NCBI RefSeq assembly: GCF_902713615.1
Contig: NC_052159.1
Location: 11,420,018-11,484,017 of the forward strand
Direction of reading: 5' to 3'
DNA from: Scyliorhinus canicula
Lineage: Eukaryota
DNA: 64,000 nucleotides
In this document: piece after piece, positions 24,745-36,055 of the stretch
Position numbering within the stretch: position 1 is the stretch's first letter
Layout of the letters: the number at the start of each line of letters is the position of its first letter
Notes under the pieces: generated by a model
What the model saw: the letters and a program-made list of their open reading frames with translations, nothing else
The model's database searches: none
Told to the model about the DNA's origin: nothing
Made by a program: the position numbers and the translations under genes

Positions 24745-26782
24745 TCAGGCAGGGAGGAAGTTGTCGAGCAAGGGAACCGTGGTTTACTAAGGAAGTTGAA
24801 GCACTTGTCAAGAGGAAGAAGAAGGCTTATGTTAGGATGAGACATGAAGGCTCAGTTAGGGCACTTGAGAGTTACAAGTTAGCCAGGAAGGACCTAAAGG
24901 GAGAGTTAAGAAGAGCGAGGAGAGGACACAAAAAGTCGTTGGCGGATAGGATCAAGGAAAACCCTAAGGCTTTCTATAGGTATATCAGGAACAAACGAAT
25001 GACTAGAGTAAGATTAGGGCCAATCAAGGATAGTAGTGGAAAGTTGTGTGTGGAATCAGAGGAGATAGGGGAAGCGTTAAATGGATATTTTACGTCAGTG
25101 TTTACACTGGAGAAAGACAATGTTGTCGAGGAGAACACTCAGGTTCAGTCGACCAGGCTAGATGGAATTGAGGTTCAAAAGGAGGAGGTGTTAGCAATTT
25201 TGGAAAATGGTCAAAATAGATAAGTCCCCTGGGCCAGATGGGATTTATCCTAGGATTCTCTGGGAAGCCAGGGAGGAGATTGCAGAGCCTTTGTCCTTGA
25301 TCTTTATGTCGTCTTTATCGACAGGAATAGTGCCGGAAGACTGGAGGATAGCAAATGTTGTCCCCTTGTTCAAGAAGGGGATTAGAGACAACCCTGGTAA
25401 TTATAGACCTGTGAGCCTTACTTCGGTTGTGGGTAAAATGTTGGAAAAGGTTATAAGAGATAGGGTTTCTAATCATCTTGAAAAGAACAAGTTGATTAGC
25501 GATAGTCAACAAGGTTTTGTGAAGGGTAGGTCATGCCTCACAAACCTTATTGAGTTTTTTGAGAAGGTGACCAAACAGGTGGATCAGGGTAAAGCTGTTG
25601 ATGTGGTGTATATGGATTTCAGTAAGGCGTTTGATAAGGTTCCCCACGGTAGGCTATTGCAGAAAATAAGGAAGTATGGAATTGAAGGTGATTTAGTGGT
25701 TTGGATCAGTAATTGGCTAGCTGAAAGAAGACAGACGGTGGTGGTTGATGGCAAATGTTCATCCTGGAGTTCAGTTACTAGTGGTGTACCGCAAGGATCT
25801 GTATTGGGGCCACTGCTGTTTGTCATTTTTATAAATGACCTGGAAGAGGGTGTAGAAGGATGGGTTAGTAAATTTGCAGATGACACGAAGGTCGGTGGAG
25901 TTGTGGATAGTGCTGAAGGATGTTATAGGATACAGAGGGACATAGATAAGCTGCAGAGCTGGGCTGAGAGGTGGCAGATGGAGTTTAATGCGGAAAAGTG
26001 TGAGGTGGTTCACTTTGGAAGGAGTAACAGGAATGCAGAGTACTGGGCTAATGGCAAGATTCTTGGTAGTGTAGATGAACAGAGAGATCTCGGCATCCAG
26101 GTACATAAATCCCTGAAAGTTGCCACCCAGATTAATAGGGCTGTTAAGAAGGCATATGGTGTGCTAGCCTTTATAAGCAGGGGGATTGAGTTTCTGAACC
26201 ACAAGGTCATGCTGCAGCTGTACATAACTCTGGTGCGGCCACACCTGGAGTACTGCGTGCAGTTCTGGTCACCACATTATAGGAAGGATGTGGAAGCTTT
26301 GGAAAGGGTTCAGAGAAGATTTACTATGATGTTGCCTGGTATGGAGGGAAGGTCTTACGAGGAAAGGCCCAGGGAATTGAGGTTGTTTTCGTTAGAGAGG
26401 AGAAGGCTGAGAGGTGACTTAATAGAGACATATAAGATAGTCAGAGGGTTAGATAGGGTGGACAGTGAGAGTCTTTTTCCTCGGATGGTGATGACCAACA
26501 CGAGGGGACATAGCTTTAAATTGAGGGGTGATAGATATAGGACAGATATCAGAGGCAGTTTCTTTACTCAGAGAGTAGTAGGGTTGTGGAACGCCCTGCC
26601 TGCAACAGTAGTAGACTCGCCAACTTTAAGGGCATTTAAGTGGTCACTGGATAGACATATGGATGAAAATGGAATAGTGTAGGTCAGATAGGCTTCAGAT
26701 GGTTTCACAGGTCGGCGCAACATCGAGGGCCGAAGGGCCCGTACTGCGCTGTAGTGTTCTATGTTCTATGTTCTATGTTCTA
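24745..26782 (+). mobile_element. CR1 (HER1-like) LINE, 5'-truncated, young, with (ATGTTCT)n tail
   Basis: Long ORF2 with one frameshift near 25207. The 3' tail matches the adjacent SINE tail. Confidence 0.95.
25207..26682 (+). CDS. CR1 ORF2 reverse transcriptase, open 491-codon segment (5'-truncated, no endonuclease)
   Basis: KSPGPDGI, YRPVSLTS, DFSKAFDKV, GVPQGSVLGPLLF, FADDTK, HLEYCVQFWSP. Confidence 0.85.
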   Translation: MVKIDKSPGPDGIYPRILWEAREEIAEPLSLIFMSSLSTGIVPEDWRIANVVPLFKKGIRDNPGNYRPVSLTSVVGKMLEKVIRDRVSNHLEKNKLISDSQQGFVKGRSCLTNLIEFFEKVTKQVDQGKAVDVVYMDFSKAFDKVPHGRLLQKIRKYGIEGDLVVWISNWLAERRQTVVVDGKCSSWSSVTSGVPQGSVLGPLLFVIFINDLEEGVEGWVSKFADDTKVGGVVDSAEGCYRIQRDIDKLQSWAERWQMEFNAEKCEVVHFGRSNRNAEYWANGKILGSVDEQRDLGIQVHKSLKVATQINRAVKKAYGVLAFISRGIEFLNHKVMLQLYITLVRPHLEYCVQFWSPHYRKDVEALERVQRRFTMMLPGMEGRSYEERPRELRLFSLERRRLRGDLIETYKIVRGLDRVDSESLFPRMVMTNTRGHSFKLRGDRYRTDIRGSFFTQRVVGLWNALPATVVDSPTLRAFKWSLDRHMDENGIV

Positions 26783-26805
26783 TTTGGTGAGTTACTTCAA
26801 TAATA

Positions 26806-27155
26806 GGGGCAGCAGGGTAGCATGGTGGTTAGCATAAATGCTTCACAGCTCCAGGGTCCCAGGTTCGATTCCCGGCTGGGTCACTGTCTGTGTGGAGTCT
26901 GCACGTCCTCCCCCTGTGTGCGTGGGTTTCCTCCGGGTGCTCCGGTTTCCTCCCACAGTCCAAAGATGTGCGGGTTAGGTGGATTGGCCATGCTAAATTG
27001 CCCGTAGTGTCCTAATAAAAAAGTAAGGTTAAGGGGGGGTTATGGGTTACGGGTATAGGGTGATACGTGGGTTTGAGTAGGGTGATCATGGCTCGGCACA
27101 ACATTGAGGGCCGAAGGGCCTGTTCTGTGCTGTACTGTTCTATGTTCTATGTTCT
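26806..27155 (+). mobile_element. Young HE1-type SINE
   Basis: Full head, core and tail. Flanking AATAAT duplication. Confidence 0.9.
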
Positions 27156-27969
27156 AATAATGTACAAAGGGACCAAACACAACAGAGGTGGCGAGTGAAC
27201 GGGAATGGAGTTGGGTCACGTTGGGTGGGGAATGATGGGTCTAGTTGTTTTTTGGTTAGTGGGGGGTGGTAGGGTTGGGAGAGGCGGAGCCTTGTGGAGA
27301 GGAGAGGGAGGGAGGAAGAACCAACAGTGACCAGGGGGTTCTCTTTGTCTCACCCTAGAGATGAAGCTGGAAACCATCTTAGGTGGGCCTGGGACCCAGG
27401 AACCTATGTAGGGGAGTGCACCAAGGTGAAGATGGTTGACTCGAGGAGGTGGGGAGGGGTGGGGTGACAGACCCCCAATAAGGTTAGTCACCTGGAACGT
27501 GTGGGGCCGAGGGGGGGGGGTGCCTATGATGAGTTGGTGCCCACTTAAAGGGTTTGAGGGCTGACGTGGTGTTCCTACAAGAAACTCACCTGTGGGTGAG
27601 GGGCCAGACCAGGCTGCGGAAGGCCTGGGTGAGCCAGGCTTTCCACTCAGGATCTGATAGTAAGCCTCAGGGGTTGGTGACTCTAGTCAACAAGAAGGTC
27701 CATTTTCAGGCATGGACGGTTCTGGCCGATCAGGGGGTTAGGTATGTGCTGGTTATGGATACACCGGAGGGGAAGGCCGGGGTGTTAGTGAACGTGTACG
27801 CCCCGAATTGAGGCAACGTTAAGTCTATGGGACGGTTGCTGGCTGCAAAACCGGAGATAGACACACACCAATTGATTTTGGGGGAGGGAGGGGATTTTAA
27901 CTGTGCAACAAAAAAAAAGGATTATCCTTGATTTTATCCATCTGCACTAACAACAACATTTTTTCTCAC

Positions 27970-28287
27970 CGTCGGATGTTTAAGTCAGATCGATATCACA
28001 CCTATTGCAAATAATCTCTCAGTATCTATCTCGGGCATTCATCAAAATGAATAGCTTGCATTTTGGAAAGCACCTCAACCGACATAGTCGTTTAGTGAGA
28101 CAATTTGTTCCCTCCTGGTCAGAATCCATGGTGATATAAAACAAGCGATAATAATCTTACCATTAGTTTTGATGCCACAATTGAAAAGTACGCCATCACA
28201 GATTGTAGAATTACAAAGGGGACGAGGCCCTTTGTCTGATCAACAGGCCTTGTCGGCCCGTCTTGGGACACAATGAGGCTGTTAAAT
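27970..28287 (-). pseudogene. Probable decayed IgV exon
   Basis: Acceptor ctcgtctctcgcAAG, donor GAC G|GTGAGA, 318 bp. LIVSQ, PLC, LWHQ, KRL and a gatactgagagattatttgc (DxxxYxC-like) remnant fall at V-domain spacing but across frames, with several stops. Confidence 0.45.
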
Positions 28288-29159
28288 CTTGCGAGAGACG
28301 AGATTTGTGATGCTCGTGGTCTAACAAGATCTTGCAATACATTGCGATCTGGATGTCATTCTCTCTGAGCGGGATCCAAATTTATATATTTAAGGGAACA
28401 GTTAGGCTCACTTGAATATGTCTGACCTGGATACTTCCAAGGCCTGGGATCGAACGCCCGCATCTGGGAGACCTTGCCCTGGCACCGTTTAGCACTGGTC
28501 CACGCAAACATAGTCCACACAAACGTGAGCCAGGTGTAAAGGCAACTGGGAGTCTGCCAGGCCATCGGAGGCTCCCGGGTGGTCAGGCCCTAGGCAGGGT
28601 ACTCCCACACTGGCACTGCCAGGGTACGAGGCTGGCAGTACCAAGGTGCCCAGGTGCCAGGTTGGCAGTGCAAGGAATTGGGCCTGGAGGTGCCCTGTCC
28701 TTATGAGATGCGGGGAGGAGGGGGGAGTTGGCGGACCCCCTAACATGCAGGTTGGTGCATTGGGGGAGGGGGGGAGGGGGGGGGGCTGGAAGCTGTGGTG
28801 GGGGTCCCAGAGTTTGGGAATATTGGGGCGGCATTTTATAAATGGCACCTGAATCTCTTCCTGTGGCAGGAAATGAAGGTAAGTGCTGCCTCGGCGGGTG
28901 CTGAGGACAAAAACAACAGAGACCCATTTGATAATGGGTCAATCTCGGTGCTGCAGGCTCCGAGAACCAACCCGCTAAAGGCACCCAAAACTGTTTTTTT
29001 CCCGTTAAATCGTGCCCAGGAGATTCTTTGAAAGAGCAAACCTGTTGGTCCCAAAGCCCCAGCTCTTTCCCTAGGCTCTGTATTTTATTCAGTTTCAAGT
29101 ATTTATCCAATTCCCTTTTGAAAGACTTTCGTGAATCTGCATCTGTCACCTTTCCAGTC

Positions 29160-30358
29160 AACACATTACAGACCGCAACACATTCCAGATCGCAACACAT
29201 TCCAGACCGCAACACATTCCAGACCGCAACACATTCCAGACCGCAACACATTCAAGGCCCAACACATTCCAGATCGCAATACATTCCAGACTGTAACACA
29301 TTCCAGATCGCAATACATTCCAGATCGCAATACATTCCAGATCGCAATACATTCCAGATCGCAATACATTCCAGATCGCAACACCTTCCAGGCCCAACAC
29401 ATTCCAGATCGCAACACATTCCAGGCCCAACACATTCCAGACCGCAACACATTCCAGGCCCAACACATTCCAGGCCCAACATATTCCAGATCGCAACACA
29501 TTCCAGACTGCAACACATTCCAGACCGCAATACATTCCAGATCGCAACACATTCCAGACCGCAACACATTCCAGATCGCAACACATTCCAGACTGCAACA
29601 CATTCCAGATCGCAATACATTCCAGATCGCAATACATTCCAGATCGCAACACATTCCAGATCGCAATACATTCCAGACTGCAACACATTCCAGATCGCAA
29701 CACATTCCAGATCGCAATACATTCCAGATCGCAACACATTCCAGGCCCAACACATTCCAGGCCCAACACATTCCAGGCCCAACACATTCCAGATCGCAAC
29801 GCATTCCAGACCACAACACATTCCAGATCGCAACACATTCCAGACCACAACACATTCCAGATCGCAACGCATTCCAGACCACAACACATTCCAGAACACA
29901 ACACATTCCAGATCGCAACGCATTCCAGGCCACAACACATTCCAGCCCCAACACATTCCAGGCCCAACACATTCCAGATCGCAACACATTCCAGACCGCA
30001 ACACATTCCAGATCACAACATATTCCAGATCGCAACACATTCCAGGCCCAACAAATTCCAGATCGCAACACATTCCAGACCGCAACACATTCCAGATCGC
30101 AACACATTCCAGATCACAACACATTCCAGATCATAACACATTCCAGATCGCAACACATTCCAGATGATAACACATTCCAGATCGCAACACATTCCAGATT
30201 ACAACATATTCCAGATCGCAACACATTCCAGATCGCAACACATTCCAGATCGCAACACATTCCAGATCGCAACACATTCCAGATCGTAACACATTCCAGA
30301 TTACAACATATTCCAGATCGCAACACATTTCAGATTGCAACACATTCAGATCACAACA
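29160..30358. repeat. About 1.2-kb minisatellite of 17-bp (ACACATTCCAGATCGCA) and 16-bp (ACACATTCCAGGCCCA) units
   Basis: Directly visible, roughly 70 units. Explains the stop-free repetitive ORFs on both strands. Confidence 0.97.
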
Positions 30359-30453
30359 GCTCACTGAATTAAACAAACAGCTTTCTTTTTTACAAAAAGC
30401 TTTTGCCTAAACCTCTCGCGCAGAGTAAGCTGACAGTAAAATCCCTTTATAGA

Positions 30454-30775
30454 GGGCGACACGGTAGCACAGCGGTTAGCACTGTTGCTTCACAGCGCCA
30501 GGGACCCGAGTTCGAATCCTGGCTTGGGTCACTGTCTGTGCGGAGTCTGCACGTTCTTCCTGTGTCTGCGTGGGTTTCCTCCGGGTGCTCCGGTTTCCTC
30601 CCACAAGTCCCGAAAGACGTGCTGTTAGGTGACTTGGACATTCTGAATTCTCCCTCTGTGTACCCGAACAGGCGTCGGAATGTGGCGACTAGAGGCTTTT
30701 CACAGTAACTTCATTGCAGTATTAATGTAAGTCTACTTGTGACAATTATAAAGATTGTTATTGTTACTTATAATA
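30454..30775 (+). mobile_element. HE1-type SINE
   Basis: Recurring SINE unit. Confidence 0.85.
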
Positions 30776-33700
30776 ATTATAATCACTTATTGTCACAAGT
30801 AGGCGTCAATGAAGTTACTGTGAAAAGCCCCTGGTCGCCACATTCCGGCTCCTGTTCGGGGAGGCCGGGTCGGGAATTGAACCCGCGCTGCTGGTTTACC
30901 TGACGATTCAGAAAATTGCTACAACTGACAGTGTGTGGTAATTCTGTTCCTCTGTGGGTCCCCAGAACCAATCATTCCTTCAGTTTAAACCCCCAACCCC
31001 CCCCCCCCTTCAGTTTAAAGTTCCCCCCCCCCCCCCCCCACCCCCCCCCCCCCGGCCACACCATCAGAGGCCACTACTTATATTCATTATTTGAACAGGC
31101 AAAAATGATCAGGAAAAGTGCTTGAGTTATTCTAACGATGACCTTTTGTGGATAATTTAACTGTTCAAACGAGCCTTGGTCGGGGGTGCAAGTGGTTTGA
31201 ATTTTGTCAGTTCCACCAATAAACTTACTTTTCATTAATTAATTATTAAAGTGATCAACGAGAGCTTCAGGAAATTTAATCCAATCAGCATTTCACAGGA
31301 CAAGATTGTTAAAATCTTTACAGTTAAGTGCACTATGAAAAAGATCTGAATTATCCAGATTTAAGACACTGCTTATGATATGATGGATCCCTTCAAGAGG
31401 GAGAAGGACTGGTTCTTGACTGGGGCAGAGATAGCCTCCTATAAAAGATCTTTATTGATAACACTTGGCCTGGGATTGATTTCCTAGACTGGTTATAACT
31501 GTCAGGAAATATTGAAATACAGAGCTGGATTCTAATCTGAGGGTGGGCACCCCAGAGTAAATGTTGGGGGCAAACGCACCCATTCTTAGATGGCCCACCT
31601 TGCTTTAAAGTTTCAGGCCATGGCTCTTTAGTTCGTGTGAGACGGGACTTGTGCCCGTCTCTATAAGGAAGCCCCGCCCCATTGTGCTGCCGACCAACCG
31701 GAGGCTAGCAGCCCTGCACAACAGCAGCGCCAGCAGGAGGAGTGGCCGCTGTCAGTACTTCAGGTAGGTCAATGAGGTGTTGTTCAGCGCTGGACCCAGA
31801 AATTCTGATTGATTGATTGATTAATTGATATTTATTGTCACATGTACCGAAGTACAGTGAAAAGTATTTTTCTGCGGCCAAGGGAATGTACACAGCACGT
31901 ACATTGTAGACAAAAGAATAAACGACAGAGTACATTGACAAATGGTACATCAGGGGTCACTGTACTGAGGGGAATGGGAACGGCAACGGTTTTCGTTCTG
32001 TCATTCCCGGTAACTCTCCGGTACCGTAACCTTAAACGGAGGTTATTCTTAGCATTGTGAGTTAGTTATTGACTAAGTCAGCAATCCTTTGTGAAGCATT
32101 GAATCATTGTATAATGGAATATTATAATGGAATATCCCGTACCAGCCGCCCCGGACAGGCGCCGGAATGTGGCGACTAGGGCCTTTTCACAGTAACTTAA
32201 TTGAAGCCTACTCATGACAATAAGCGATTTTCATTTTCATGAAACAGCTGTAGGGCTAATGGGCAAAGACAGCTTGTGGGGGCGTGAGGCTACAGGAACG
32301 GCTTCAAATAATTAGATAGCTCTTCTAAAGAGCTTGCACAGACAAGACGGGTTGAATGACTCCGCGCCGACATGCATTCCTCCATTTTACAGGAAGCCCC
32401 CTCCCACTGATCTCGAGGTGGGAAGTAAGCACATTTTAGATCGTATTATTCCAAAATGGTCAAATGACGCTCCTAGGTTTTAAATTGTTCCCAACCAAGT
32501 CAAGTGATGGGTAATGAATTCCTTGCCTAAACCTGTCTTTCTCCTTCTTTAAGGTACCGGTTCAGGTGCCAACCATGGTTCAGTCGGTCGGTCACATTCT
32601 CGTCTCTGACTCTGAATCTTCATTCCCAAACCACAAACCTGAGAATAAAAATCAAGGGTGACGCTCGAGTGCGTTACCGAGGCAATGCCGAGGTGCCGTC
32701 TTCCGGATATCGTGTTAAACCAAGATCCCTTCTGCCCTCTGACGGGTGGATGTAAAATATCCACGGCAACATTTCGGAGAAGAACAGCGGAATTCTCCTG
32801 AATGTCCGAACCAATATTTATCCCTCAATCAACATCACTAAAAACAGATATTGTGTCCTGATCATATTGCCGTTTGTCAGCTTGCTGTGGTGGGGGGAGT
32901 TTTATCATGTTTTTTCCGAGCATATTATTTGACACTGAGGCGAAGAAAATCAAGGAGGCAAGTCCCATGGCATCACACTGATGGGGCGGGCTAGCAACGT
33001 CAGCTCTCAAGATATCAGGGTGCCGTTCTTAAAGGGCGTGAACAAACAGACACGGAGACCATCCCACCCCACACGCCCCCCCACCACCAGAAAACCATCC
33101 TCACGGATGCGAGAGCCCCCCTTCGCACATGCCCCTCCCCCTCCAGACACAGGAACCACCCCCAAAGGACATGGGACCCCCACCCCTACAATGGACCTCC
33201 CCAATGGAAGCCGTCCTGGCAGTACCCTCTGGCAATGCCCCCTGGCATTGCCCTTAGACACTTCCCTCTGGCATTGCCGGCCAAGAGGCACAATAAAAGG
33301 GGGCACTACCAGGATACTGGCCAAGCATGCTTCTATCCACCCAGAGTGTACTTACCTGTGCGCCACTGGCAGGGACCTTTTACCAGGCTTCTGTCTGGCA
33401 AAGGCTGTTGTAAACAATGGCCAAACCCTAATGTGGGGGGAACGATAGAGCGGGGGAGCCCTCGAATGATACATTAGTGCAAAGGGTTCCTGACCTTTTA
33501 TGGCGGGAACTCCATACGTCGTTGGGGGGGGGGGGGGGGGGCACACACAATGGGAATGGGAAACTCCAATGGGGTAAAAGCCGTTTGGGACCCCCCTTGC
33601 TGCTGGCATTCCTGGCCACCGAAAACAGGGGCGGAGAATGCCCGGCCTATCACTTTGATCAAGAGTTTGGTCAAAGTCTTTGAATTTATCTTTCTGTGGC

Positions 33701-34420
33701 TGGGTTGATAACGTCTCCACGAGGAACCTCGGGATGTTTTGCTCTGTCAAAGGTGCCACATGAATGCAAGGTTTTTGTTGTAAGGGCTCCTTCCGCACCG
33801 TAACAGGTCTGTGATGCTGATTGCTCATATCACCACTTAAAGTTAATCCATTTCCCGATCGTTAATCGACCTGTTTTTCTACCTTCGCTGTGCAGAGTGA
33901 AAAAAAGAAGGGGCCAGAGACGGGAATGAGGTTAAAGGAACCAACTGAACACAGTACAGAGGCAAAAGCAACCAATGGGGTAATTCTTAATGTTTGGCTG
34001 TGTGCTGGGAACGCATAAAATGTTATTTGTCAAATAATAAAATTGCTGTACATAAAACATATATAATGTACATATTGTTTATAAAACACTCAACTTGAGT
34101 ATAGTGCCCATTCTGGGCACCACACTTTAGAAAGGGTGGGGAGGGAGCTGATGAGATTTACAAATGAATCCAGGGCCTTCAGTTAAACTGGAGAAGCTGG
34201 GACTGTTCCCCTTTGAGAAAAGAAGGGGGAATTGAATGGATCATAAAAGGGGAATAAACCACTCCCATTGGCAGATGGAGTGGGAACCTACAGACATCAA
34301 TTTAAGGGGATTGGCAAACGAATCAACGGAGACATAAGGAAAAAGGTTTTGACCATCGATTGGTCAGAATCTGGGGTGCACTGCTTGAGAGTGTGGTGGG
34401 GGCAGGTTCATGAGCTCCCA

Positions 34421-34810
34421 GGGGCGGCACGGTGGTGCAGTGGTTAGCACTGCTGCCACACAGCGCCAAGGACCCGGGTTCGATTCCGACCTCGGGCGAC
34501 TGTCTGTGTGGAGTCTGCACGTTCCCCCCGAGTCTGCGTGGGTTTCCTCCGGGTGCCCTGGTTACCTCCCACAGTCCAAAGATGTGCAGGTTCGGTGGAT
34601 TGGACGTGATGAATTGTCCCTTCGTGTCCAAAGATGTGCAGGAGAGGTAGATTGGTCATTCTAATAAACGATTTCCCTCAGTATCCAAAGATGTGCAGAT
34701 TAGGCGAGGTTATAGGGCTGGGGGAGAGTGTCCAGTAGGATGCTGTTTCAGAGGGTCAGTACAAACCCGATGGGGTGAATGGCCTCCTTCTGCACTTTAG
34801 GCATTCTATG
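34421..34810 (+). mobile_element. HE1-type SINE with internal duplications
   Basis: SINE head and core, with repeated ccaaagatgtgcag segments. Confidence 0.8.
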
Positions 34811-35698
34811 GCTGTGGTATAAGTTGAGGCTTCGAAAGGGAATTGGACCATTAACTTTGGAAAAGAAAAATTAGAGTACCGAATTATTTTTTTTCCAATT
34901 AAGGGGCCATTTAGCGTGGTCAGTCTTTGGATTGTGGGGGTGGGGCCCACGCAAGTACGGCATCCAAATTTGTTAATCGTTCTATATTTTTAACAGCAGC
35001 TGTTGGGAGTTTTAACCATTGTAATCACTCTATGATTCTGTGCATCAGCTGCCAAATCTGGCAGTCGTATACCATTAAGATTATTTTGTGAATAGCTGGC
35101 AATATCTGCAGAATGATTAGACACCAAACTGTGGGTGTTTGAGCTTTCTCTAACACCTTTCCTGACCATCTTGGTTCAATATCTTGTAATGTTACCCAAG
35201 ACTGGCACCTGGAACCGCCAATGTTCCACCCTCGTGTCGTACAGCGATCACTCTCTGCACACACTCAGGTTTTCTCATGACCCAAACAGTTTAGCAATGA
35301 CTCAACTCTGGATATATGTCATCATGCAAGCAAATCGACCATGTGTAAAATGCTGTTCACTCGCCGACTGAAATCCTCGCACATTTCAACGCATTTTCTA
35401 CGATCCAACCATAGAAAATAAAGGACGCCAGGGCACATTCTGACTTTGAGTGTTGGCAAATCAACACTTAGTTTTACATCCCTCGCTGTGTTTGACGTTT
35501 GTTGACTTTAATAGCGATAAGCCTGAGGGGAGATGGAAACCGGGGCTAGCGATTCACTATCTGCACAGAGAGAGAAAAGCCGCCTAAGGAGGTACAGTGG
35601 TTAGCGCTGCTGCCTCACAGCGCCAAGGACCCGAGTTCAATTCTGGCTTGGGTCACTGTCTATGTGGAGTTTGCACGTTCCACCCGTGTCTGCGTGGG

Positions 35699-36013
35699 TG
35701 ATGCGGCCATCAATTCACTCGAGACAAGAGTAGAAATAAACCGTGGCTTTAATCAACTTAGAACAGTGCCTGCCTGCGACTGATCCAATACTGAGAACTG
35801 CCTACAGGTTGACTGCTCTTTATACCTCCCTTCAAGGGGAGGAGCCATGGGCGGAGCCCATACATGCCCCAACATGTTCCCCTATGGATAATGCCATACA
35901 GTGTCCCATTGGAGAAGCCCACAAGGGCAACAGCATAGCACAGATACAAATACAAGTGCAACAGCACAGATACAAATATAATGGTGGATTATTGGCATAA
36001 TACATTCACCACA
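35699..36013 (-). repeat. Gypsy 3' LTR (315 bp)
   Basis: Differs from the 5' LTR by about 13 substitutions plus a 31-bp duplication (manual count). Confidence 0.9.
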
Positions 36014-36055
36014 TTCACCCCCGTTAAAAAAATGAAGTCCGGCGGGGTGACGGGT

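Larger units (their letters stand above)
23165..27905 (+). mobile_element. L1-clade LINE, 5' part (ORF1 and start of ORF2 endonuclease), decayed and interrupted
   Basis: ORF1-like LKDLENRSRQLNLRMVGLLEGVEG...AHR...VIIHFH and VRIYQDIGTNLVKRRVAF. EN-like IRLVTWNV...RADVVFLQETH...VLVNVYAPN at about 27470-27810. Confidence 0.85.

Noticed and set aside
29028-30376. Six ORFs of 280-410 aa, and CRISPR-like regular periodicity
   Set aside because: Products of a stop-free 17/16-bp minisatellite. There are no unique spacers and no cas genes, and the DNA is vertebrate.
35090-35400. Possible third decayed V exon (ISVGE*TA, VWVMRKP)
   Set aside because: Cys/Trp geometry does not fit, and there is no DxxxYxC or donor site.
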